This document shows, piece after piece, positions 1 to 29,813 of a stretch of DNA of 64,000 nucleotides (its first letter is position 1; every line of letters starts with the position of its first letter). Source of the stretch: Octopus vulgaris (lineage: Eukaryota); contig OX597832.1 in the NCBI GenBank assembly GCA_951406725.2, positions 30,752,001-30,816,000 on the forward strand, in the 5' to 3' direction. The translations under genes and the position numbers were made by a program. Below the pieces are notes generated by a model, which saw only the letters and a list, made by a program, of their open reading frames with translations, had not been told where the DNA came from and made no database searches.

Positions 1-953
1 TTCCACACATTAAATGTGGAATTCTCACATGTCTGCATGTCTGCACAACCAGAAAAGATGTCTGCCTTGAGCATGTCACATCACTTATGCTAGCAATGTT
101 TATTTTGTTTGTTTGTAGGAATATCTATGTCCACGGATGCATGCATGTGTGTGTGTGTGTGAGTGTCTATATGTGTCAATGTACACGTGTGTATCTTCTA
201 AAGACCAATAAGTACAACTCATATATTTAATAGTGATAATAATAATAATGATAAACAAGTATTAAAAAAAAAGCCAAAAAGCCACAAAGGAAAAATACTC
301 TCAAACCCCCAAAACAATACAATAAGAGCCTGTGATATTCACAAATCATAAAAGTACAATTAGTTCTTTTTCGATCGTTTTTCCTTCTCTTTTTTCCTCA
401 ACTTTGATCTTTTTATGATTTCTTTGATCAAAAACAAAAAAAAAAGAAAGAAAAGAATTTTTATTTATTTTCTTTACCAAATTCTATAACCATGCTGGAA
501 TTGAAACCATTGTTGATGAAATACCAAACGAAACAATGTTTCTTGTAATAAAAAGAAAAAGAAAAATATGAGACAAGAAAGGAAAAGAATAAAAAAAAAA
601 ATGATTATGGTGAAGTAAAGTCTCTGTATTACAAAGACATTGTGTTGGTGTTTCTTATTTCGGTCTTGGATTTTTGAAGTTTCAAAGATTAAGTTGGTAC
701 TTCTTCATTTGTCACATTAAAGGTTTCTGTCTCATAAATCACCATCATTTTAATGTCCATGGGTCAGATGGAATTCGTTGAGGTTGCTGTCGGTTTTGGC
801 ATGGTTTTTACAGCTGGATGTCCTTCTAAATGACAACCAAACTTTCATGGACTGTTGTCATAAAGTTTTGCAGCTTTAATAAAAGCATATCTCTCCACCC
901 TTAGTATATGAGTACTATTTTTCCACCTTGTTTTGCACGTATGTGCTCACTTC

Positions 954-991
<38 letters not shown>

Positions 992-1372
992 CGAGCAAAA
1001 CACGTCCAATGGACGGTGCTGAGTTGTCAAACATTTAAACCAAATTTTCTCAAAGCAACTTGTCTGACCGTCCCATAGGCCTCCCTTTGAGAAACACTGA
1101 TTTAACCTAAATTTGAGACACTGTGCATTTTTCTCGCGTACTCGTATCGATTGCAACAGCTGATGTACTTGCACATACAAATGCACGTTCCCATAGCTTT
1201 ATCGATCGCATTTCTTACCTAGAAGCAATTTTTGCAATTTTTTCAAGACTTATACACGCCCTGATACCGTTGGTATCTACATATCAAATTTCAGCGCAAT
1301 CGGATGGAGGATGCCCGAGATCCTAGAAGACATACACACAGACAGACAGAACGGATTTTATATATATATATA
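992..1372 (-). mobile_element. Non-autonomous Helitron-like element
   Basis: Minus strand starts TATATATAAAATCCGTTCTGTCTGTCTG and ends with a subterminal hairpin (CACGTCCAATGGACGGTG, 1001-1018) followed by CTCG (CTAG-like) and T. Confidence 0.6.
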
Positions 1373-1470
1373 TACACACACACAATATTTACCAAACAAA
1401 AAAAAAAACTATTTCAAAGAAAATCTTTGAAGTACCCACTTCTCAAAGCACAAGAATTGATTTTCCAATT

Positions 1471-1476
1471 TTTATT
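1471..1476 (-). terminator. Candidate ELP3 polyadenylation signal AATAAA
   Basis: TTTATT on + strand, about 200 nt downstream of the stop codon. Confidence 0.45.
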
Positions 1477-1674
1477 AAATATTTAAAATAATATTTACAT
1501 ATATTGCAAAGGCAAGCAAATGCCTGTTTCCTCATCTTTCTTTCTGTAAAAGCCCTCCACAAATCACACAAGATGTCACATATCATTGTCCCTGAATGTT
1601 CTTACTGAGGAATGAGGGATTGAACTGACAACAGCAAGGTTCATCATCTCGTTCTTTCATTTCCTTTCTCCACA

Positions 1675-19872
<18,198 letters not shown>

Positions 19873-20230
19873 ATTCGCATCTGACAGATCCAAGAGACGG
19901 GTCGGAGTCGAACGACGAACACTGGACTTCACTTAAACTCCACACAAAAAACGTCTAGCTTTAGTTTCGAATAAAGAAATTTTAAAAAATAGGAAGGAAA
20001 AAACAAAAAATAACCAAAATATATTTGAATAAATTAAATAATAAGATTATTGTCAGAAAGTAAAACAGTTAATTTATTGTAGTATCCATATTTATTGTTA
20101 TATCTTTACGTGTTATTGTGTTGTTGCAATTTCACTGACAACTGTTCGAACGTTCATAAGAGAGAGATTGCTTAAAGTATGGATGGCCAACTGATGTCAG
20201 AATCAATAGTGGAATTACTGGAATCTTATT
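19873..20230. promoter_or_regulatory. Probable ELP3 5' UTR/promoter, possibly shared bidirectionally with BLCAP
   Basis: CpG-containing stretch directly upstream of the ELP3 ATG, between divergent genes. Confidence 0.4.
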
Positions 20231-20368
20231 TCGGAGGTGGACTTGCGTGGCGAGTGCTTTAATCCGGGACTGTGTGTTGAAACTAAAACAATTACAACGT
20301 GGAAGACACATATTAATCATTCGGAAACACACAAAGACAGTTAACTTCTTTTTTTTTTTGTTATATGG

Positions 20369-20411
20369 TGTCAAAATTGTCGTCGCGCGATCTGCGACCT
20401 GGTCACTGACA
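20369..20411 (-). ncRNA. Variant hammerhead motif with G3-C8 core swap (this copy has GACA for GAAA)
   Basis: UGUCA-GUGACCA-G-GUCGC(AGAUCGC)GCGAC-GACA-AUUU-UGACA: perfect stems I and II. Confidence 0.5.
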
Positions 20412-20678
20412 AAAGTTATTTTGTAGTACAGAATTATATATTAGTCCAACAATTCTTGGACTGACATATACTAATCCTTCTCATTCCATGTGATATGCAG
20501 GCCACAAATTTAAAAAAGAACTTTAATTTAGACATAATGAAAAACAGGTTAAGGAAATCAAGTTGTGTTGCCGGATGGGGCAGGTAACACCATTTTCATA
20601 ATTCATTTTCGTTCATTCATCATACCATACGTTTATATATATATATATAAAGTAGCACTCAATACATTTCCTAAGAGT

Positions 20679-20746
<68 letters not shown>

Positions 20747-21861
20747 ATATGTAACTCTTATGAAATGTATTGAGTGCTACTTTCTTTCGTTTGTTCACTT
20801 ATATGTGCGCGCGCTGTGTGTGCGTGCGTGTAATAAGAAGGCGGGTTTGATTATTCCTAGTGTTTACATTTATACACTCACAGCAATTATTTAAAGGCGT
20901 TGGACATCACTTGCCTTTCTATGGTGATCCATTATCAATTTGGATCTTTCATTGCTCCTGTGAGATTTTCGGGCAAAATTCTGAAATGCTACACATAAAT
21001 AGTATTATGAAACAGAATTCCAAACACGGAATAAACGGCAGGAATGCAATCCACTTCAATACCCTGCACTAGCGAGAAAAAAGAAAGAAAAAACAAAAAA
21101 AACTATCGGTAATTTACTAATAATATTTTCATTTTCCCCCCGTAAAACATGCGAGATAATTCTGTACATGTTTCTATTATTCTGACCTCGTCAGTGGATT
21201 CGAGCGTTTGCTGTTGCTACAGAAAACACGCCCACTGTTGTCTCCTGTAGTTGACAGGAAAATGGAAATTATATTAATTATTGATAAATATCGTTTTCCT
21301 TCACATATTCTCTTTCTAATTTTGCTTTTTAACACTACCTTACAAATGAATGTATATACGTGTCTACGATAACAGAAATTTGATAGATAACCTCCGCACC
21401 CCATCGATGACACAAACACTTCAATTGGAGATTATTTTTGACTAAACTAACAGAGACGCAACGAAAATTTTAAGAAAAAACTGGAAATTTTACCGGTGAG
21501 TGTGTTACATTATAAGGCCCAAAAAAGAAAATGACTCTCCCCAGACACAACAGAATAAAGAAAAGTAAAACGGAGTAGGTATATTTTCTCCTTTACTATT
21601 CGAATTTTTTAATTCGTTGTTTCAAATTTCTTTCTTTCTTTATTCATTTCTTATTTGTTCATTTTCCTTCATTCTTTTTACTTTATGTTTCTTTGTTCTT
21701 TTATTTATTTATTTATTTATTACGGAGATGTACTTGCATAGCAAGTGACCTGATCTGAGATCGTGTGCTGGAACGAAAACAATTGCAGCGTGGAAGGTGT
21801 TTATAAACCATTTAAGAAACACACGAAAACCGTTCGATTCACTTCAACATTTAAATTTAGT

Positions 21862-21909
21862 TTCTCAAAATATTTTCGTCGCTTTGAGACCGCGACCTGT
21901 TCACTGTTG
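21862..21909 (-). ncRNA. Second copy of the G3-C8 variant hammerhead (stem I degenerate)
   Basis: CA-GUGAACA-G-GUCGC(GGUCUCAAA)GCGAC-GAAA-AUAUUU-UG; flanks 21722-21860 are homologous to 20232-20368. Confidence 0.5.
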
Positions 21910-21919
21910 TCCATTTATT

Positions 21920-22048
21920 GGATCTTTTCTCTTGAACGCCAAGAGAAAAAGATGTTTTATAAATACAGTCTACCAGTATACGAAGTTTAAAAGTGTTTAG
22001 TTATAAAGAAATTATTTTAAAAATCTGCCGGTCAAACGGAAAAGATCC
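21920..22048. mobile_element. Small MITE with GGATCTTTTC terminal inverted repeats (Merlin-like)
   Basis: GGATCTTTTCTCTTGAACG / CGGTCAAACGGAAAAGATCC; reverse copy at about 39108-39225. Confidence 0.55.
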
Positions 22049-22120
22049 TATTTAGTTATTTATTTATTCTCTGTTGAATTGTTTGTCGATTGAGTTTTTT
22101 TTCTTTTTTTTTCTATTCAG

Positions 22121-22487
22121 GTCTTCCATACTTTGGCAAACCTATCACTTTCCAAACTTGTAAAAGTGCTGCAATTTCATACGAAACGGCGGCGTGAAAC
22201 CGATCTCTGTGAGTCTATATATTTCGCCAAAGCTCGATTTCTCCGTTTTCGATGTGGAACTGCGTAACAGATTTGCAGGAAGACTCGCAGAAGTAGCAGA
22301 ACCGCCGAGGTGGTCGATAGATCTTGCTTGACGGATACAAACCACGGATATTGATCGATCGATCGGAAGAAAAAGAACAACTGAGCGGAAGAAAACAAAT
22401 TCGGATTTTTTTTTATATAAAAAAGGGAATATCACAGACAAAATCTCTTCAATTAACAACGAAATTAATTAAACCAAACGGACAAGG
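22121..22487 (+). other. BLCAP: Probable non-coding 5' exon of BLCAP
   Basis: Strong poly-Y acceptor (TTTTTTTCTATTCAG) at 22120, CpG-rich, possible donor AAG|GTGTGC; next acceptor TACGTAG at about 22797. Confidence 0.4.
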
Positions 22488-22626
22488 TGTGCGGAAGGAA
22501 CGACCAAGTACTTGTGAACCACCTCAATCAGGACTGTTGACTGGTGTGGGAGTGTTTGCCATATACACCTATACATTTCACATATATATATATATATACA
22601 TTTATACACATATAAACTATATACTA

Positions 22627-22661
<35 letters not shown>

Positions 22662-22964
22662 CAACAAGGATATCCAAGGTAGATTTATATGGATAACACC
22701 ATACCAAATTCTGGTGCCTTTGACTTAAGTACCATATTCATCTGAATCTAAATTTTGCTGAACTCGTATATATACATACATATATATATATACGTAGGTT
22801 CTCTGTTTCTTTGATCTCTGAACTGAAGAGGTTTCAAAAGCTAAAAAACCAAGAACACATCGATAGGAATCTGGCAGCTTGGGGATTAAAAGACAGAGGC
22901 ATCCTCGATGCGAATGGAATTGTTGTAACTGAAATATCTCCCCGCAAAAAACCTAACAACGACG

Positions 22965-23216
22965 ATGTATTGCTTACAGTGGCTCATACCTGTGTTGCTT
23001 ATACCGAAACCATTGAACCCAGCTTTCATCTATAACCATGCCATGTTCATGGTGCTCTACCTCACCAGTTTCTTCTTAGAAAGGAAACCCTGCACGATAT
23101 GCAGTGTGGTCTTTCTAGCTGCTGTCTTTCTCATATGCTACAGTTGTGTGGGGAACTGCATGTTTTGGCACTGTCCCACAGATGACTGCCAAGGGGTAGG
23201 ATGTACCGAACGTTGA
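22965..23216 (+). CDS. BLCAP: Bladder cancer-associated protein (BC10 family), 83 aa, two hydrophobic segments
   Basis: [20 protein letters not shown]...[28 protein letters not shown] closely matches vertebrate [25 protein letters not shown]...[28 protein letters not shown]. Confidence 0.96.
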   Translation: MYCLQWLIPVLLIPKPLNPAFIYNHAMFMVLYLTSFFLERKPCTICSVVFLAAVFLICYSCVGNCMFWHCPTDDCQGVGCTER

Positions 23217-23529
23217 CAACCCCCAGGAGTCGTCGTCTTTACTCCTCATAAAGAATTATATATATATATATACATATAAACAAAAAGGAAAAAAAAAAAA
23301 ACCCATTTAAACCATTTGTAAAAAGAAAAAAAAACAACAACACAAAAAGAGGAATATACACATATATAGACATGACTGTGGATTGGTTGAATCGGTAGAG
23401 CATCGGACGAAATACCTTGCGGTATTTAGTTACGGTTCTTTACTTACTGTTTTCAAATCCCACCGAGGTTAACTTTGCCTTTCATCCTTCGAGGGTGGAT
23501 AAAATAAAGTACCAGTAAAATACTAGGAT

Positions 23530-23571
<42 letters not shown>

Positions 23572-26500
23572 TATAATATATATCGTGTGAATGGAATTAT
23601 TGTTAAAAACTAAGACTAACAACTTCATTTAATTCATCCATCTCTCATTACAGAAAAGAAACAAAAAGACCATATATATGTATGTATGTATATATATATA
23701 CACAAAAAGAAAAAATGAACATCTTTCCTTCTTCGTCAATATTAACAACACATTACACCACTGAAGGTAACTCTACGTGGTCGATCGACCCTGCAAGAAA
23801 TAGCAGGCAACACTCTTCTCAGATCACACCCTACCGTCTTACGGGGAAGGACACGTTGGATAATGCAGTCCTTCATACCCCTACAAAAAGACGGGATGGT
23901 CACAGTTGGAGTGCTCGATACGGGTTGACCTGTGGCTAAACAACATCAAGAAACTAATCTTATTTTTATTAAAACTATGAGGTTTCACAACCATGTGAGA
24001 AATTACTATTATTGTTGTTATTACTAATTTTTTATTTTTGTTGTCGTTACTTTTCCTGTTATTAATTTAAAGAATTGATTTAGTGATTAACTAAATGTCT
24101 TGCAGTATTTTAGTTTTACCAGTTATTCTACGTTCTGTGCGATTTCTACCCTTCGCCCTTCCGTTGGGGGGTGTTTCACTTAAATAATCATCCTTCATAT
24201 GACAACCCTCAAAAGGAAACACGCACCACAATGACAAATGCGATTTCCATTTAATTTTCTAAAATAAAAATGAAACCCCAATACTTCAAATACATATGAT
24301 AGCATTTTTTTTAAAATATAAAATTTGTAATTGCATAAGCTATTTAACAACAAAAATGGTTTAATCTAACTGTGACTCAGCCAGATCTTTATCGGAGAGG
24401 TGACGATAAAGAAAATTTTGCTTTTTAATTCCCCAAAAGTGCACTTGAGTTGCCAAGCACAACTCCAATATTTGGCTCTTCCAATTTTCCAGAAGCTCCT
24501 CTTCCTACTTTATTTTAATTACTTTATTTTGTGTTTAAATAATTTATTTATTGAAAAAATTTAATGATGGTTGTATTTTTTTTCTTTTGAGTTTACGGCG
24601 TGTACTCTTAAAACATGCCAGGCGAGTACCGAGGTCGATCATTTGAATCGATTTTGACTCATTTTGTGGCCTTGTGTCTACGTCAGACAGTAGGAAGTTT
24701 TAAAAAAACAATATTTAAACTCATTTGAAAATAAGTTACGAAATATTTAATTTCCGTCTAAGTCGCCTTTGCCGTTTCGTTTTTCTCGGGTCTGTAAAAT
24801 AAAAAGTCAACTTCTCAAGTTTCGAAGGTTCTTTATCAACTGGGACCTCCTCTTATCTTCCACAGAAAGAAAGGAAAAAAATGTGTGGGTTTTGTGCTTA
24901 GTTTAGAAATCACAGCAGTTCGAACCTATTAATCATTTCAGGGTGGATATATTGAAGTTCTAGTCTAGTACTGGAGCCGATGTAATCGACACACCCACCC
25001 ATCCACTAAAATTGCTGAACTTGTGCCAAAATTTGAAATAATTATCATTTTTATTATTATTATTATTACTTAGCGAACTTGTAGAGCTGTTAGTACACTG
25101 GACGAAAACCTTAGTACCATTTCGTCCAGCTTCAAATTCTACCGAAATCAATTTTGCCTTTCATCCTTTCAGGGTCACAGAAATAAGTCCCCGTTGAGCA
25201 CAGGGGTCGATGCAATCGACTAGCCCTCTCCCCTAAATTTTTAAGGCTTGTGCCTAAAGCAGAAACTATTAATATTGTGAGCTGGCAGAATAGTTAGTGT
25301 CGAATGCTTTGTTGTATGTCTTCGGAACTTTACATTCTGAGTTCAAATACTACTGCAGTTAACATTACCTTTCATCATTTTGAGGTCAGTAAGATAATGT
25401 ACCGGTGCCCATACTTGAAGGGATTATTATTATTATTAAGGCGGCAAGCTGACAGAACCATTAGCCCTCCGGGTGAAATGCTTAGTGGTATTTTGTATGT
25501 CACTACGTTCTAAGCTCAAATTCTGCCGAGGTTGACTTTGTATTTCATCCTTTCAGGGTCGTTAAATTAAGTACCAGTGAAATACTAGGGTCGATGTAAT
25601 TGACTCTTCCCCTCCCCCCAAATGACTGCCCTTATGGCAAAATTTGAAACTAGTATTATTACTATTAAGGCGGTGAGCTGGCAGAGTATTTAACAAGCCA
25701 GGCAATATGTTTAGCAGTATTTCGTCTGCCACGGACATTCTGAGCTCAAATTCCACCGAGGTTGACTTTGTCTTTCATCCTTTCAGGGTTGATGGAATAA
25801 ACACCAGTTACAAACTGGAGTTGATCCAATCAACTAGTCCTCCCTCCCCCAAATTTAAGGCCTTGTGCCTACAGTAGAAAGGATTATTATTATTATTGTT
25901 GTGGAGTTCAAATTCCGCTGAGGTTGACTTTGCTTTTGCCTTTTTGGGGTCGATAAAATAATTTCCAGTGGAGCACTGGGGTTGATTTAATCGACTCTCC
26001 CCCTCCCTCAAAATTGCTGGCCTTGTGCCATAATTTGAAAGCATTATTATTACTACTTTGGCTGTGGGTTGGCAGAATCGTTAGAGCTTTGGGCAAAATG
26101 TTTTAGGGTATTCAGTTATGGCCCTTACATTAAAACCTCACCAAGGTTGACATTTTCTTTCATTTCTGTGAGGTTGACAACTTAAGATATCGGTCAAGTA
26201 CTGGAATTGGTGCAATCAAACTAACACCTCCCCTCAAACACCAGTCTGTGCATGTCACAACCGTCTCCCACAAATCTGAGCAAAGATTAACAGCTCCATC
26301 CCGTATCTCCATGTGTACTGCCGAAGGGCGTCTAACTCTGAAATATCAAAGAAATGCAAAGAAGGAAATGTAGTTGCTATTCTGTAGAATGATTGGAGGC
26401 ATTGGATTTGGAGTATTATGTTTCACTTGTCATATTCCTTAACCGATATCATGAGTTGGTTTTGTCTTGCGGCTTTGGATTTCATTGGACAAACTAAGTT

Positions 26501-27703
26501 GAAATCCTGTCAAGAAGTTCACATTGGCTTCTTTTGTAGGTTGATAAAGGAAGTACCAATCATGTACTGAGAGTGAATACACATTACTCAGGGGTTAGAA
26601 TGTTGGGCTCACAATCACGAGGTAGTGAGTTCGATTCACAGACTGGGCTTTGTGTTGTGTTCTTGAGCAAGACACTTTATTTCGCATTGCTCCAGTTCAC
26701 TCAGCTGTAGAAATGAGTTGCGACATCACTGGTGCCAAACTTTATCGGCCCCTTTGCCTTTCCCTTTGATAACATTGGTGGCATGGAGAGGAGAGACTGG
26801 TATGCATGGGTCACTGCTGGTCTTCCATAAACAACCTTGCTTGGACCTCAGAAGGGAACTTTCTAGGTGCAATCCCATGGTCATTCATGACTGAAGGGTG
26901 GGGGTTCTTAACCATGTACTGAGGATGTCAATTCAGCCACCTATATCTATTTCCTTCACACTTGTGGCCTTGCACACAAGACCTCGGAATTATTCTGAAT
27001 TCAAATCTCACTAAGCTCAACTTTGCCTTTCAACCTTCCAAGATTAACAAATGGAGGATTACTAACTGACTGAGCTCAATTATAATCGACTGTTATTAAC
27101 TATACTCAGCCTCTAAAATGTATGGAGTACTGTTTCTCTATTCATCATCATCATTTAACGTCCAGCTTCCATGCTGGCCTGGGTTAAATAGTTCAACAGA
27201 CTTTGCTGTGCCAGAGTCTTGTACTGAGCTCCAGTGTCTGCTTTAGAATGTTCTCTACAGCTGGATGCTGACCATTCTACAGAGCGTACCAACTGCTTTT
27301 TCATGGTACTGTGACACCTGAGGTCACCAAGTTACATTTTTTACCTAATCAGAAAACAAGATTAGCATGTGATAGGTGTGATAAAATGAAAATAAACATG
27401 ACAAGTTGGAAGTGTTAAACAAAATGAAAACAATGCATGAGATATAAATACTTAGAGTGCGAGAGAGATAAAGTGTGTGGTAAATAAGAGAGGGATAGAT
27501 TGATGGTAACAAATGGAGAGTAGATTTGTAGATGTAAAAGTGGAATTATTTCTTGTAGCAAATTATATTTTTTTCATTATTTATGCACAACATTTGCCTT
27601 GAGACAGATTTCAAAAATGAAATTTGTTTTTCTCGAGGACACAGCATTTCAGATCCTTTTGGGCCTCAATACAAGCAAAAAAACCACACACCATCATCAC
27701 ATA

Positions 27704-27757
<54 letters not shown>

Positions 27758-27763
<6 letters not shown>

Positions 27764-28870
27764 CGTCCCATAAATAATGCAGTTTTTTTCAATTGCATGA
27801 ACTGAAAGTTGGAAGGGGACGGGATAAACTACCTGCATCAATTTGCTGTAAAAGCAAATAATAATTTTACCTTCTACTTATTCTTAGTGCAAGATTTGAA
27901 GAATGTAGTTCGATTTTAACAGTTATCTTTCTAAAGCTATAATGGAAGTGACAAAGGAGCATATTCAGGATATTTTGCTTTATGAGTTCAATAAAGGCAA
28001 CAATGCAGCGGAAAGTGCAAGGAATATCAATGCAGTATTTGGGATCGGACAATAAGTGTCAGCCAGTGTCAGTGGTGGTTCCAAAGATTCCGAGCCGGAA
28101 ACTACAGCCTAGAATACGATCCTCATCCTGGAAGTACTGAAAGTAGAGCTCGATGAGGATGTCCTGCAAAGCCTGGTGGAACAAAATCCCATTGTAGCTG
28201 TTGAGGAACTAGCAGAGAAGCTTGGATTGGGTCATTCAACCATTCATCGACACCTGTGTTCCATTAGAAAAGTCAGCAAATTGGGTCAAATGGTTCCTCA
28301 CAAACTTTCCGAATCAAATCGCGCACAGAGTGAACGTGTGTTCTTCTTTGCTGTCATGTCTCACGAATGGACCTTTTTTTGGACCGAACAGTGACTGGTG
28401 ACAAGAAATGGGTCCTCTATAAAAATGTCAAGTGCCAAAGACAATGGGTAGGGAAAGGAGAAAGACCGGCACCCCAGGCTAAAGAAGGTGTTCATTCACG
28501 TAAGGTGTTGTTATCTCTTTGATAGGATATGAAATGTTTAGTCCACCTTGAACACTTAAACCGAAACCAAACGATAACAAAGGAGATTTACTGCGAGCAG
28601 CTTGAGCTGCTTAAGTCAGCACTAGAAGAAGAATGACCATCTTTGGTTTCAAGACAAAAGGTGTTCTTCCATCAGGATAATGCTTGGCCACATACAGCGA
28701 GTATAACATTCCAAAGGCTGGAGCAGTTTGAATGGAGATGCCCCACCCACCATATTCACCCAACTGGTTATCATTTATTCTGCAGTCTTCAAAATCATTT
28801 GGATGAAAAATATATGAATTCTGTAGATGAAGTCAGAACAATAGTGGAGGAGTACTTTTTGTTACGGTAA
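27758..28870 (+). mobile_element. Mariner (Tc1/mariner, DD34D-type) transposon, degraded and 3'-truncated
   Basis: 5' TIR TAGGGTCGTCCCATAAATAATGC in a (TA)n tract; broken transposase with MEVTKEHI..., (W)VPHKL, TGDKKW, FHQDNAWPH, YHLFCSLQNHL. Confidence 0.9.
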
Positions 28871-29767
28871 ATAATCTTCTCAATCACTCATCCATATTGG
28901 CATCTTCTGAATTCAAAAGCCATTTGGGGTTGATTTTACTCCAGCCACTTGGGGCCAGACATTTTGGGTAAGCTGATTGCATCGACCCACCAATGCTCAA
29001 ATGGTACTTGTTTTATCGAATCTGTGAGGATGAAAGGCAAAGCCAGCCTTGGTGTAATTTGAACTCTGAATCACAGTCGTGGCAGATACTGGTGTCATGC
29101 AAATGGCACCCATGCCAGTGGCACATAAAAGCACCCATTGCACTCTTGGAGTGGTTGGCGTTAGGAGGGGCATCCAGCCATAGAAATCATGCCAAATCAG
29201 ACTGGAACCTGGTGCAGCTCCCCAGCTTGCCAGCCCTGGTCAAACTGTCCAACCGATGCCAGCATGGACAACAGACATTAAATGATGAGGATGCTGAAGA
29301 ATGTAAAGCTGGAAGAAATGATGTGTTACCTTTCGTCCAGAATTCTACCAATTCCGGCTGCTTGCTACCTTTTTATATTTTGCAATAACAGAATTATGAA
29401 AATTTTGTTTTTATTATTTTATTTAGATCCTAAATATATTTGAATTCTTCTTCTACATTCATGTTAAATAATATAATTTTCTTCAAAATTTCTGAGGTAG
29501 GATAAGAGTAATAAATTCAAACCTAACAGAAACAGATTGAAGGTGATAATTAAGGGAGGCTAACAAAGATAAACTATAAATTAAGGGATAAAGGTGATGA
29601 ATGCAAACAAAAATACTAAGTGTTCAGGCGGGAGTAACATTACCAAACAACAAGAAATATAGGGATTACTATAATCCCTAACTTCTTCATTTCCCCTAAG
29701 GGGCTAATAGAACTATAAATATATTATTTACATTCGACGGATATTTCTCCTCATCTTTTTTGTTGTT

Positions 29768-29813
29768 AACACAACGTTTCGGCTGATAAACCCTCCAGAC
29801 TTCTTCAGGTGTC
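29768..29813 (-). ncRNA. Minimal type I hammerhead ribozyme (PLE-type, palindromic stem III)
   Basis: GACAC-CUGAAGA-A-GUCUG(GAGGGUUUAU)CAGCC-GAAAC-GUU-GUGUU; full stem I, one stem II mismatch. Confidence 0.7.

Noticed and set aside
21455-21557. Apparent exon donor CCG|GTGAGT
   Set aside because: The same ~100-bp sequence recurs at about 42408-42525, so it is a dispersed repeat fragment
22823-22856. CUGAAGA-GGUUU...AAACC hammerhead-like stretch in the BLCAP 5' UTR
   Set aside because: No GAAA, stem III or stem I
22811-23035. 74-aa ORF overlapping the BLCAP start
   Set aside because: TTG start, no recognisable homology; best read as BLCAP 5' UTR
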